A DNA stretch of 64,000 bases from an uncultured bacterium (GTDB lineage: Bacteria > Babelota > Babeliae > Babelales > Babelaceae): contig CAWKFG010000004.1 of assembly GCA_963848965.1 (NCBI GenBank), positions 512,001 through 576,000 on the forward strand, given 5' to 3'. Made by a program: the position numbers and the translations under genes. Below are positions 30,907-41,400 of the stretch, one piece after another (positions within the stretch are counted from its first letter, which is position 1; every line of letters begins with the position of its first letter). The notes beneath the pieces were generated by a model. The model saw only the letters and a list, made by a program, of their open reading frames with translations, had not been told where the DNA came from and made no database searches.

Positions 30907-32150
30907 AGCACAGTTTTAATATGCTCAACTGCTTGATTAAGTTGTACCATCTGTGCTTCAGTCTGGTTGCGAGCTTTAAGCTCAACACTGTTTTGCGCTA
31001 GTGTTTTTGAACTTATAATGACTCGCCATGGCATTCCTAAAAGATCTGCATCAGCAAACTTTTCACCTGCTTGCACATCTTTGCGGTCGTCATAAAGTAC
31101 CGTAATTCCTTGTTCCTGTAACTGCTTATAAAGCATTTCTGCTTTCTCTTGCTCTTCTGGACTTTTGACAAGTGAAATAAGGTGTACTTTAAAAGGAGCT
31201 ACTGAAGCAGGCCATATGATTCCTTTATCATCATGGAGTACTTCTACAATTGCACCTACCAAGCGTGAAGTGCCCATACCATAACAGCCCATCATTACTG
31301 GGCGTTGCTTACCTTCTTTATCGGTATAAGTAAGCTCAAATGCATCAGAAAAACGAGTCATAAGTTTAAAGATGTTACCAACTTCGATTGCTTTGCGCTC
31401 AATAAGCTCTGCTGTTTCACAGCCTGGACATGTCTTTTGGTCTTCAATTATCTCTTGGTTAATAGCAAGTTTGCATTTCTCACAGACAAAAATAATATCT
31501 TCACCATAAGGAGTAATCGTTTGAAATTCATGTGAGTATTTACTAAAAATACCGCCAGATGCATAGGTTAAATACGTAATATCTCCAAGACCGCAACGAG
31601 AGAAGATCTTTTTATACGCTTCTGTAACTCTTTCATAATAAGCATCAAGATCTTCAGCATTCGTATGAAATGAATAAAGATCTTTCATACGAAATTCACG
31701 ACCGCGTAAAAGACCAGATTTTGGTCGAGCTTCATTTCTAAATTTTGTTTGTACCTGATACACAGCTTGTGGTAAATCTTTATATGATTGTATATAAAGC
31801 TTTGCAAGCGGTGTTACTATTTCTTCATGCGTAGGACCTAAAGCAAGCTCTTTTTCTCGAACTTCAAGTTTGTAAAGCACATCTACTTTGTCCCAACGTC
31901 CGGTTTTTTCCCAATTCTCTTTAGGTTGCAATGCAGGCATAAGCAATTCTTGTCCACCTACAGCATTCATCTCTTCACGCACAATACGCTCAATGTTATT
32001 TAAAACTTTTAAGCCTAGTGGTAAAAAAGTATAGACTCCTGCCATAAGCTTAGAAACATAGCCTGCTTGCTCTAAAAGCCGTGCATTAATACTAGGCTCT
32101 TGTTGTGAAAGAAATTTTTTTGTTTTCGTAAAAAGGTGAGATTGTTTCAT
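30903..32150 (-). CDS. proS: Proline--tRNA ligase (short form without editing domain)
   Basis: LGPTHEE, FRNEARPKSGLLRGREF, GCYGMG, anticodon-binding domain. Confidence 0.95.
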   Translation of the reverse strand: MKQSHLFTKTKKFLSQQEPSINARLLEQAGYVSKLMAGVYTFLPLGLKVLNNIERIVREEMNAVGGQELLMPALQPKENWEKTGRWDKVDVLYKLEVREKELALGPTHEEIVTPLAKLYIQSYKDLPQAVYQVQTKFRNEARPKSGLLRGREFRMKDLYSFHTNAEDLDAYYERVTEAYKKIFSRCGLGDITYLTYASGGIFSKYSHEFQTITPYGEDIIFVCEKCKLAINQEIIEDQKTCPGCETAELIERKAIEVGNIFKLMTRFSDAFELTYTDKEGKQRPVMMGCYGMGTSRLVGAIVEVLHDDKGIIWPASVAPFKVHLISLVKSPEEQEKAEMLYKQLQEQGITVLYDDRKDVQAGEKFADADLLGMPWRVIISSKTLAQNSVELKARNQTEAQMVQLNQAVEHIKTVL

Positions 32151-32334
32151 TGTAAACTCCAGTAAGCGTGAAAATTGGGTCTACAAGCAAATGCCCTCTA
32201 AAGGCACATCAGCCTGCGACTACAGCCGACAGAGAAAAAGCGCTTGTTAATATTATTATTCTCTTAAAGATCGCCTTATGACAGCACTTAGTATATCACT
32301 TTTTATAAAGATGTAGAGTATGCAGTTATATGTA

Positions 32335-32853
32335 TCAGGCTCTATTTTCTGATAACCAGAGAAGAAACACTCCATAGCAGAAATACATCAAGCAGCTTGC
32401 TAGATACCCACTAGGGGTTACTATAAGCGTTTGTATTGCATTCATAGGCTTTGAATCTTTCTTATGAGGAAGCTCAAGCAACTTATAATTTTGATAGAAA
32501 AGAGCTGCGAGTATAAAAAAGTTTGCCATATGAACACTGGACTTTATCTCTTGAGTTTTAGCACCACTACCTACGAACGTAGGGAATGCTCTATGCAAGT
32601 TACTCTGTACAAATTCATGTACCGATTTATAACCAGCGGGACTGTTTATATCAATCAAATTCATTTTGCTGTTAATAAGTAATGTTTCAAGGGCAGTTAA
32701 ACTTATAAGAGATGCATATCTTACTGCTCTATTTTCTTCGTATTTTTTACAAAACTGCTGCCATAATCTCTGCATCTCTCCATGAGATGTTACAGAAGAG
32801 GAAAGACTAAGTACAAGCACCCATAAAAAGATCTTACTAAAGCTTCTGATCAT
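32335..32853 (-). CDS. Hypothetical membrane/secreted protein
   Basis: 172-aa ORF with AGGGGG RBS, signal peptide, hydrophobic segments. Confidence 0.65.
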   Translation of the reverse strand: MIRSFSKIFLWVLVLSLSSSVTSHGEMQRLWQQFCKKYEENRAVRYASLISLTALETLLINSKMNLIDINSPAGYKSVHEFVQSNLHRAFPTFVGSGAKTQEIKSSVHMANFFILAALFYQNYKLLELPHKKDSKPMNAIQTLIVTPSGYLASCLMYFCYGVFLLWLSENRA

Positions 32854-32954
32854 TATTTCCCCCTACATTTTAGCTATTTTCAAGAATATTATTATACAAT
32901 TGTATAATAAGCATCAATTTATTCAAGCAAGAGTAGATGGACTACTAGAATGAC

Positions 32955-33506
32955 TTAAGTTATTAGGAAGGTTCTTACAATACTTTGAGCTTCATCAAAA
33001 TTTTTATATGTTTTTAAAAAGAAAACTGGACATTCTTGCGCAGATATACCGCGTATCATCCAACTCATACGTTCAAGCACATGTTCATGCACAAGACAAA
33101 GAATAGGAGTAAGCGGAAGTCCTCTTTGGGGCTTTAAAAGAGCACGTTCAATTTCCATGCCAACACCGTGGCTTGGAGCATTAACAAGTGCAACAAAATG
33201 TGTAGCTTCATCAATCCAATTAATATCATTTGTTCTTACTGCAAACCAAGGTTCCGGATTTTCCCATAGTTCTTGTATGCTTTTTCCTGTTCTGCGAGCA
33301 AGAATAGCTCTCATCTCCTCTGGATTTCTCGCAGCTACATGCTCACTCAAAACCTCTGCACCCTCTTCAATCATATAAGAGACAAGATGCCACGCAAAAG
33401 CAGGATCAATCTCTGATGCTCCCTTAATTGAGCCAGAATAGTATACTTTTAATCCTGCAAATAAGTTGCCTTTTATGTGTCTTTCTTTATAGTGGTTTTG
33501 ATACAT
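32955..33506 (-). CDS. Nucleoside 2-deoxyribosyltransferase/DNPH1(RCL)-like N-glycosidase
   Basis: KVYYSGSIKG, VLSEHV, DINWI, PSHGVGMEIERA motifs. Confidence 0.75.
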   Translation of the reverse strand: MYQNHYKERHIKGNLFAGLKVYYSGSIKGASEIDPAFAWHLVSYMIEEGAEVLSEHVAARNPEEMRAILARRTGKSIQELWENPEPWFAVRTNDINWIDEATHFVALVNAPSHGVGMEIERALLKPQRGLPLTPILCLVHEHVLERMSWMIRGISAQECPVFFLKTYKNFDEAQSIVRTFLIT

Positions 33507-33724
33507 AGTATCCTTATAAATCAAAGATTGATGACAAAATTATACTATAAAATTGTGCCACGTACAATTTGAATACTACTTGACCAGCCAAGAGCTTTCT
33601 TAATTGTGAGCAGTAAAGTAAGCAGAATACGTGCGATAAACCAACAAAAATGTAAAAAGTATAGAATCTTAAAGATAAAGACTAATAGAGGTGACTGATG
33701 CAATTACTACATCGTTCGATAAGG

Positions 33725-34634
33725 ATGAACAAAAAATTTCTCTTGCTGTACATACTCTTTTTCTCTTCTTGTAATGCAATGAACTATATAACTACTCCTA
33801 TTGACAAAGCATGTTCTCTTCTTAATCAGTTAGGCGGCCATATTGGGCATACTTTTTACTCAAAAGGAAAAAAGCTCCGCCCATTAAATCAACAAGAGAT
33901 ACAAGAAGTTAGTGAGGTTATGAGATTATTAGATATCAATCAACCTATTTACTGTTTTGCGGATCTAAAGCCGGACAAAAAAACTAAAGATGGCTTTGGT
34001 TTAGGTGTTTTCAACCACATATACTTTCCAATAACCACCCTTCAACTGCTCTCAAATCCCAAAAAAGCTACTATTGGTCATGAGCTTATACATGTAAAAA
34101 GATACCATTCTCTTAAACGCTTTGCCAGAGGGATAAGTATTCCTAGTTTAGCAAGTACGTGCTTTTTCTGGTTACTTCATAGAAATAATGTTCCTCTAAA
34201 GATAAATATTCCTTTAAGCGCATTTGTATTTTTGCTCACTTTCCCTATACCCTTTCCTTTTGACAAAAGAATTAGACAAGGCAGAGGAAAAACAAGCAGA
34301 TAGAGAAGCTTTAAAAGTACTAGGTGTAGAAGTTGCCCGAAGTCTTATTGATATTCTTAATACGTATGCTAAAGGAGATAACAAAGAAGAAGACAAAAAG
34401 CCGTTTTTAGAAAGAATAGCATACATTAATGAGCTTTTTCCAAAAACAGTAGAAGAGTCCCCTCAAGAAGTTCCACAAGCAGAGGAAGATCAACCTTACG
34501 AAGAGCCAGAAATGATAGCTCCTGCTCCAAATCCAACACAACCCTTACCCGCTCCTTCAGCTAAAAACTCTTCTAAACCAAAAAAACGTGGTGGAAAACA
34601 TAGAGGAAAAAACAAACAAGTAACTAACAAATAG
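33725..34634 (+). CDS. Zinc metalloprotease-like (M48-like) protein, frameshifted near 34245-34260
   Basis: IGHELIH in the first ORF; E.QAD..A motif (EEKQADREAL) in the overlapping second frame. Confidence 0.65.
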
Positions 34635-34688
34635 TATGCTCATTTGTGTGCAATTAGAACCTAAGAACACTTACGATAAGGACTAAAC

Positions 34689-35060
34689 ATGAGTACACGA
34701 GAAATTATCCTCGGCAAAAAAGGTGAAGAGCTTGTAGCTTCTTACCTACAAAAGCAAGGGTTTATTATACAAGCTATGAATTATCGAATAAAAGCAGGTG
34801 AGATTGATATTATTGCAGCTAAACATGAGGTCATGGCTTTTGTAGAGGTAAAACTTCGCCAAAATCCGCAATTTCCTCTCTCTGAACTTATAGTGCCTGC
34901 TAAGCAAAAAAAGATAATAAAAGCTGCACTCTGGTACATTGCAAGTAAGCGCTTACAAGATATGGTATTCCGATTCGACGTAGCACTTTTAGAACCACAA
35001 GGAAGTGAGTATACTATTACTTATATTGAAAACGCTTTTACTGCTTTTGAGTATTCATGA
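34689..35060 (+). CDS. yraN: YraN family (UPF0102) endonuclease
   Basis: LGKKGEELVASYL, GEIDIIA, FVEVK, RFDVA. Confidence 0.92.
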   Translation: MSTREIILGKKGEELVASYLQKQGFIIQAMNYRIKAGEIDIIAAKHEVMAFVEVKLRQNPQFPLSELIVPAKQKKIIKAALWYIASKRLQDMVFRFDVALLEPQGSEYTITYIENAFTAFEYS

Positions 35061-35702
35061 ACGAACTCACAAAAAGAACGTTAACAGGTATAATTTTACT
35101 AGCTCTTCTTACGTATTCTATTCTCTATGCTCCTTCTTGGGTTTTTCCACTATTAGCAGCGCTTATTCTTGGCATTATACTTCTTACCGAGTGGCCACGC
35201 CTGTTTGATTATAAAAAGCCTCTCTTTTGGCTTATGCTACCTTATTTGCTCATTCCCTTTTCTCTTATGAGTATCCTACAATTAGAGGGTTATAGATTGC
35301 TCAACTTTCTTCTTATCTTAATGGTTGCAGCACATGATACTGGTTCTTATATTATAGGCAAGCGTTGGGGTAAGTATAAGATTGTTCCTACCATAAGCCC
35401 TGGTAAAACATGGGAAGGTTTTATTGGAGGGTGCGCAGTGACTTTTTTGGTAGCACTTCTCTTTTTTAGTTTTTATCAATTACCTTCTTTTACGTTTCTC
35501 TTTCTTTTTAGTTTAACAGTATCTACTCTTGCTTTTTTGGGAGATATTTTTGAATCCTATCTTAAAAGAAGAGCTCATCTTAAAGACTCTGGCACTATTT
35601 TGCCAGGACATGGAGGACTTTTAGATAGAGATAGATAGTATATTATTTGTTGCAGTCTTTATATATTTTATGCATAAAGTACTCTGGAGCTTATTATTAT
35701 AG
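35057..35702 (+). CDS. cdsA: Phosphatidate cytidylyltransferase (apparent +1 frameshift at ~35630)
   Basis: ISPGKTWEG, KDSGTILPGHGGLLDR; removing one G restores LDRIDSILF and a stop at 35700-35702. Confidence 0.88.
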
Positions 35703-35712
35703 AAGGAGAAGT

Positions 35713-36264
35713 ATGTTTGAAGGATGGTACGAGACTCTTAATTGGCTACTTGGCCTTGATCAACAATGGCTTGAATTAAGTCATATGATTTTGCGTGCTC
35801 TTATTGTATATGCTTTAGGTATAGTGCTTATTCGCTTTGATAAGCGCTTTATAGGAGAGCGTACTGCATTTGATACGATTTTACGCTTTTTAATAGGCTC
35901 TGCTTTAGCAAATGGTATTACTGGTAATTCTTCTTATTTTCCTACTGTAGGTATGGCATTATTTCTTGTTTTTTTAAATCGATTTATTGCATGGCTCAGC
36001 TTTTATAGTAAAGCTGCTGAAAAAATAGTTAAAGGATCTAATGATATACTTTATAAAAATAACGATATTCAATGGCCAGCAATGCAACGTAATCTTATCA
36101 CCGAAGACGATCTTTTAAGCGACGTACGCAAAAATGCTGGTTTATCTGAGCTTAAACAGGTAAAAGAAGTAATATTTGAAAACAGTGGTGATATAAGCAT
36201 TATACCAAAAGCATCTCAACGTACTTCCAACCATAGACGCAATCAAGAAGATGAAGGCGAATAA
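35713..36264 (+). CDS. DUF421/YetF family membrane protein
   Basis: AGGAG RBS; LRALIVY, TAFD..L..LIGS, ITEDDL, FENSGDISII. Confidence 0.85.
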   Translation: MFEGWYETLNWLLGLDQQWLELSHMILRALIVYALGIVLIRFDKRFIGERTAFDTILRFLIGSALANGITGNSSYFPTVGMALFLVFLNRFIAWLSFYSKAAEKIVKGSNDILYKNNDIQWPAMQRNLITEDDLLSDVRKNAGLSELKQVKEVIFENSGDISIIPKASQRTSNHRRNQEDEGE

Positions 36265-36401
36265 CCTTTTGACAATCTTATATTCAAGCAATTCCGCAAC
36301 AGGCAATCATAATTACTACATTTGTAGGATTAGCTATCTTAGTATGGTATTTTAATGCTTTACATAGAGTATAAAGTAAGCCCTGGAAACCCAGGACTTA
36401 T

Positions 36402-37652
36402 TTATTGCATAAGCTGTGTTACAAGTTCTTTTTGTGGTACTTTTTGTTCTGCGCCTGTTATCATATTTTTTACTGTAATAAGCTTTTGAGCTTGTTCTTC
36501 TGGTCCTATAAGAAGAGCATACTTAGCAGAAAGTTTGTTTGCTTTACGCATCATACTTTTAATTGACTCTCCTTCAAGAAGTATCTCTGTGCATAGTCCT
36601 CGTGCTTGCAGTTCATCTGCTATAAGTAATGCAAGTGATTGTTGTTCAGGAGTAAGCGGAATAATAACATGAAGTGCAGGTAATTGTGGCAGTATCAGTT
36701 TATCTTTTATTCTTTCAAGCATTAAAAGTAATCGTTCTATGCCCATAGCAGCACCAACTGAAGGTTGATCTTCTTTACTGCCAATAATCTTTGCAAGCTG
36801 ATTATATCTACCACCAGCACAGAAAGCATTTTGTGCTCCAAGTTCTGTGCTTACAAACTCAAATACTGTTTTTTCGTAGTAATCAAGGCCGCGCACAAGT
36901 GTTGGGCTATAGGAATAGGAAACTGAAAGGTGCTCTAAATTATTTTTGAGTTCTTGCCATTCTTTTTCGCATGCAGGACATAAATAGTCTGCTATCTTTG
37001 GAGCATCCTTGTATAATATTTTACACGTTTCATTTTTGCAATCAAAGATGCGCATGATATTTTTTTCTTTACGTATCTGGCAGGTAGGGCAAATTTGTGA
37101 TGCTTTATCGCCTAAGAAGGCATACAATTCTTTTTGATAAACGGCTCTGTCAGCTGCACAACCTAAAAAGTTAATAAGCAAACCATAGGTATCTAATTTA
37201 AGTACTTCAAAGAAAAATCTATCGAGCATCTTAAGAAGTTGTACATCCTGGTTAATGGAACTTGAGCCAATAACTTCTATGCTTGCTTGATGAAATTGCC
37301 TATATCTTCCTTTTTGTGGACGTTCGTGGCGAAACATAGGTCCCCAGAGGAATACTTTCCATGGAGTTTGCATTACTCCATTGTTTACAAAGGCTCGTAC
37401 AATTGCTGCAGTTGCTTCTGGGCGTAAGCATATTGATTCTTCATCAGAATCAGTTTTTACCACGTACATTTCTTTGGTAACAACATCAGTTTCTGTGCCT
37501 AAAGAGCGCTTGAAAAGCTCAAGTGGTTCTAAAAGAGGGGTTGCTATCTCTGTAAAATTGTATGTTGTAAGGTGCTTTTTAAGCTGCTCAATTAAAAAAT
37601 TAAATAAGGTAAGGTCAAGAAAATCTTGAGTTCCTTTGATGCGATTAAACAT
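36402..37652 (-). CDS. hisS: Histidine--tRNA ligase
   Basis: KGTQDF, LRPEATA, FRHERPQKGRYRQFHQ, LVRGLDYY, GGRY. Confidence 0.96.
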   Translation of the reverse strand: MFNRIKGTQDFLDLTLFNFLIEQLKKHLTTYNFTEIATPLLEPLELFKRSLGTETDVVTKEMYVVKTDSDEESICLRPEATAAIVRAFVNNGVMQTPWKVFLWGPMFRHERPQKGRYRQFHQASIEVIGSSSINQDVQLLKMLDRFFFEVLKLDTYGLLINFLGCAADRAVYQKELYAFLGDKASQICPTCQIRKEKNIMRIFDCKNETCKILYKDAPKIADYLCPACEKEWQELKNNLEHLSVSYSYSPTLVRGLDYYEKTVFEFVSTELGAQNAFCAGGRYNQLAKIIGSKEDQPSVGAAMGIERLLLMLERIKDKLILPQLPALHVIIPLTPEQQSLALLIADELQARGLCTEILLEGESIKSMMRKANKLSAKYALLIGPEEQAQKLITVKNMITGAEQKVPQKELVTQLMQ

Positions 37653-37779
37653 AGTTTTGCCATTTATAAAAATAGTTCGGTCTTTTTTCTTAATGTACCT
37701 ATTTTAGCAAGATAAGTCGAATTGCCAAAAGATAAAGGGGTGCTTAAAGGGAAAGACTTTCTCTTTCCCTATCAAATAC

Positions 37780-38529
37780 TTAGTGTCCTGCCTTAGGGAT
37801 GTGTTTAATTTGAACTTCTGGGTTAAATTGGATGTGTTTACCTTTACCTTGATCTTCGGCTTCCGCTATAAAAATAGCGCCATCGGGATCAATAGTAATA
37901 ATAAGAGTTGGTGTTCGACCACTTGGTTTGTAGCTAGCAGTATGTTCTCTCTTTTGAGAGTCTATAGTAATAATCGTAAGAGGTACTGTTCTTATTACAT
38001 CTAGATTAAGCTTTTTATCTTCACTAGGTTTAACTTGAAAAGTCTCTTTACCTACATGTAGTCTAACGTTAAACGGAGAAAGATTATTAACGCGCTTTAT
38101 TACCACTGATTCTTCTGGTTTTGCAAGAGGAGGTTGTATTCGTATAGCAGTTGCTAATTGATCTGCTGGTTGTATAGGCTCTATGTTAGGCAAATCAGTT
38201 TGATAAGCGCCTGTCCCTCTTGGACCGTTGACTATATAATCTATTGCGCCTGTTCTTCCACTAGGGGTATAGGAAGCTATGTTTTTTCCTCCTTGAAACA
38301 CTTTAAGAGTATATGAAGGAGTTAAAGGTAAATTAACAATCTTTCCTTTTTTCTCATCTACATTAACTGTGTCTAGTACTGTCTTATCTTTCGTAATGAG
38401 TATGCGTACTACTTCATCAGAAAGATTAATAATTTTATGGAGCTGCGTTTTATTTGGTTCTCTTTCCATGGCACAGATTCCAAAAGTTGTAACATAAACA
38501 CTTATTATAATAAAATATTTAATAAACAT
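37780..38529 (-). CDS. Secreted hypothetical protein with two internal beta-rich repeats
   Basis: Signal ending ICA-MER; IINLS...ASYTPSGRT and VNNLS...ASYKPSGRT. Confidence 0.75.
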   Translation of the reverse strand: MFIKYFIIISVYVTTFGICAMEREPNKTQLHKIINLSDEVVRILITKDKTVLDTVNVDEKKGKIVNLPLTPSYTLKVFQGGKNIASYTPSGRTGAIDYIVNGPRGTGAYQTDLPNIEPIQPADQLATAIRIQPPLAKPEESVVIKRVNNLSPFNVRLHVGKETFQVKPSEDKKLNLDVIRTVPLTIITIDSQKREHTASYKPSGRTPTLIITIDPDGAIFIAEAEDQGKGKHIQFNPEVQIKHIPKAGH

Positions 38530-38619
38530 GCGTTCCTCTCTTAATTTACTAATACAATTTTTACAAGTATAGCAAAAGATGGATGTAAAGTATAAGCCTC
38601 TTGTGTTCTATGTGCTAGT

Positions 38620-39348
38620 TCATCTTTTTGTAAGAAGTTTGAGTATCTCTGGCTGTTCTGTAAGTCTTATGGTTCTATAGCCATAGTCGTCTTGAGTATT
38701 GGGATTGGCACCCTTGTTTAGAAGAAATTCTACTATATTTTTATGTCCGCCTAGGGTAGCACTCATTAAGGGTGTAAATCCTCTATTGTCAGGCTTGTTA
38801 ACGTCTGCTCCGCGTTCTACTAGGTATTGAACTATAGGTAAATGTCCTGTATATGCTGCTCGCCCAAGTAGAGTAGATTGTCCAAAATTACGATTAGGAT
38901 TCCATTTTTGTTTTTCTATAAAATCTTTTACTTGGTCTACATTGCCTTTATTAATAGTAGAAAGAAGTTGTTCTTCTTGGTTATAGTTATTTTCCCATTT
39001 CATATGGCTAATGGCTGGTAGAGCAAGTCTTTGAGCTATGTATGGTTGTTTATTAACATTACGGAATTTTCTATCTAAGTAGTTGATGAAGGCTCTTATA
39101 AATTCGTCGTTATTAAATAAGGATGTATGTTCTCCTTGTGCATTTAACTTCGTTACAATGTTCATAGCTTCAGTTAAATCTTTTGCTTTATCTATAGATT
39201 GTAGTACTGCTTGTAGATCTGGTCCTGTTTTTAGTTCTTCTGGTAGGTATTTAAATGCATCTTCTTGTATTTGTTTATGTTCTGTTTTCATAGCAAAAGT
39301 GGTGCTAAAGAAGCTTCCTACAATCGTAATAATTATGTATTTTTTCAT
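38620..39348 (-). CDS. Secreted ankyrin-repeat protein (7837/12556 family)
   Basis: Signal ending TFA-MKT; FKYLPEELK; GFTPLMSA repeats. Confidence 0.88.
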   Translation of the reverse strand: MKKYIIITIVGSFFSTTFAMKTEHKQIQEDAFKYLPEELKTGPDLQAVLQSIDKAKDLTEAMNIVTKLNAQGEHTSLFNNDEFIRAFINYLDRKFRNVNKQPYIAQRLALPAISHMKWENNYNQEEQLLSTINKGNVDQVKDFIEKQKWNPNRNFGQSTLLGRAAYTGHLPIVQYLVERGADVNKPDNRGFTPLMSATLGGHKNIVEFLLNKGANPNTQDDYGYRTIRLTEQPEILKLLTKR

Positions 39349-39588
39349 TATATCTCCCTCTCTTTATATTATAACTTTTATTATTTTAATATAAAACATT
39401 CTATTTGAATTATTCAAGAATTGAGGGTTTCTGTTTTATACATAACAAAGATAAGTATAAATGGCTATTATTATAGTATATTGAGCATGCTTGATTAATG
39501 TAGGAGTGGCAATGGAGAGAAGCAGTTGCTTATAACATTCTATTTATTAGTATGGACTACTAGAGGATAAAACGTGAGTTGGTGACGG

Positions 39589-39755
39589 GCAACCAGGGGG
39601 TTCCCCTGGTTGCTTGACTTCGCGGAGCGACTGCTATTGCAAAAAATCGGTACGATTTTTTGCTTTAAAAGAACAAGCGAGGAGCTTTAGCTCTGAGCAA
39701 ATGCGGTGGAGTGCAGAGGTGAGCCTCTGCCGGGTTGCAAGGGCAGCGCCCTTGC
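39589..39755. other. GC-rich cluster of four hairpins
   Basis: Stems at 39589-39613, 39639-39663, 39713-39730 and 39737-39755. Confidence 0.7.
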
Positions 39756-39828
39756 CTGAAGAATTGACTTTAAGAGTAAGAAGGTGGTACAAAAGAACAA
39801 GGCTTAGTTTTCAAGGAAGGAGAAAATC

Positions 39829-41382
39829 ATGTCAAAGCTGCTTAAGATTTTGGGAGTAACTCTAAGTGTTTGTTCGGCGATACATCCGCGTAGTGTTGTA
39901 TCGAGTCATACATTCTTTTCGATAAGGCCATTTTTTCAGTCGGGTACGCCTTTGCGAGTTTCATTTTTTAGAAATGATTTGTTGGATGAAACGCAGGGTA
40001 TTGGTGGTGCATTTGAAACGGTGGTGTATGGTGGTCAAATTGATAATGTGGGTGTCGGTAAGATTGCACGGTTCTTTTTGCCTGGCGGATGTACTGCTTG
40101 TTGTTTGAATGTAAGGGAATTTAATCCTACGGTAGAGGCTAATCCTGCAAATACGGAAGATGGTAGTCTTACAAAAGATTTGGAAGCACGCCATTTTAAT
40201 ATTCATACGGTGAATGAGAATTTTGCAAGTCGTGTTTGTTTTAGGCCTGAGCATAAAGTGTTTGGTATTGGCTTTGCTTATAAGCAGGTTCTTACACGTC
40301 GTTGTGATGGTGGTGCTCGTTTTTGGTTTGAGCTTGGTTTTCCTGTAGAGCGTGTAGAAAATAGAGTGCGAGTGCGCGAGAGGATAGAAAATAATGGTGG
40401 TGGTGCTCGTAATGAAATTGGTTTAGATAATAGTCTGCGAGTAGGAACAATGCGTGAAGCATTACGACAGAAGAACTGGCTTTTTGGCAAAATCGATTCA
40501 AAGTGCCATGTAGAATGGGGAGTTGCTGATGTTGAACTGAAGATAGGCTACAATAGCATTACTTGTGAAACATGTACGTTGAGTTCTTATCTTGGAGTCG
40601 TCATTCCAACAGGTACAAAAGTACGTAGCCATGTGCTTTTTGAGCCTATTGTCGGCAACAACCATCATTTTGCATTTCTGCTTGGCAATACAATTGGATT
40701 TGAATTATGGAAAAAAAGCTGTTATAATTTATCAATGTATGTTGATGGGGTTACAAGATATCTGTTTAGAAACCATCAAATACGTACATTTGATTTAATA
40801 GGTAGACCGTGGAGTCGTTATATGGAAGTTTATAGAACTTCAGAAGACGCAGCTACTGCTGCAGCAACTAACAATCCTAACAGTGGCACGTCAGGTATTA
40901 ATGTATTTACGCAGTGTGTAGAAGTAAGTGCACATCTGTCAGCTAATTTTAATACAGGATTTGTATTCTCATGGCAAAGGGATTGTGCAAGTTGGATAGC
41001 AGAATTTGGTTATAACTTTTTTGCACGTCAGGCAGAAGTAGTTGAACTTGAGGGAGATACCTCTATAAGTACAGTAGCGTTGAAGGGGGTGAACGGAAAC
41101 GGTACTACCACTGCAGCACGCACCATTAAAAACAATTTCCAACAATCAGTATTTACGTTTGCAGAACGCTATCAAGCACTGACAAATTGTGATATAGATT
41201 TAGAATCTGCAGCTCATCCTGCTACACTTTCGTATACGTTGTATGCTTCATTAGGATATAAGTGGGAACGTGAATGTCCGCTTTTTGTAGCATTTGGTGG
41301 TTCATATGAGTTTGCAGTAAATGAGATTAATACAACCCCAGATAGATGGCTTGTATGGGGTAAATTTGGATTTACTTTTTAA
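39829..41382 (+). CDS. Probable outer-membrane beta-barrel protein, Cys-rich
   Basis: Signal peptide, alternating aromatic beta-strands, C-terminal WGKFGFTF. Confidence 0.7.
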   Translation: MSKLLKILGVTLSVCSAIHPRSVVSSHTFFSIRPFFQSGTPLRVSFFRNDLLDETQGIGGAFETVVYGGQIDNVGVGKIARFFLPGGCTACCLNVREFNPTVEANPANTEDGSLTKDLEARHFNIHTVNENFASRVCFRPEHKVFGIGFAYKQVLTRRCDGGARFWFELGFPVERVENRVRVRERIENNGGGARNEIGLDNSLRVGTMREALRQKNWLFGKIDSKCHVEWGVADVELKIGYNSITCETCTLSSYLGVVIPTGTKVRSHVLFEPIVGNNHHFAFLLGNTIGFELWKKSCYNLSMYVDGVTRYLFRNHQIRTFDLIGRPWSRYMEVYRTSEDAATAAATNNPNSGTSGINVFTQCVEVSAHLSANFNTGFVFSWQRDCASWIAEFGYNFFARQAEVVELEGDTSISTVALKGVNGNGTTTAARTIKNNFQQSVFTFAERYQALTNCDIDLESAAHPATLSYTLYASLGYKWERECPLFVAFGGSYEFAVNEINTTPDRWLVWGKFGFTF

Positions 41383-41400
41383 TATATAAAGGAAAACACT

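Noticed and set aside
39614..39859. 81-aa ORF
   Set aside because: Runs through the hairpin cluster, weak start, no protein-like features
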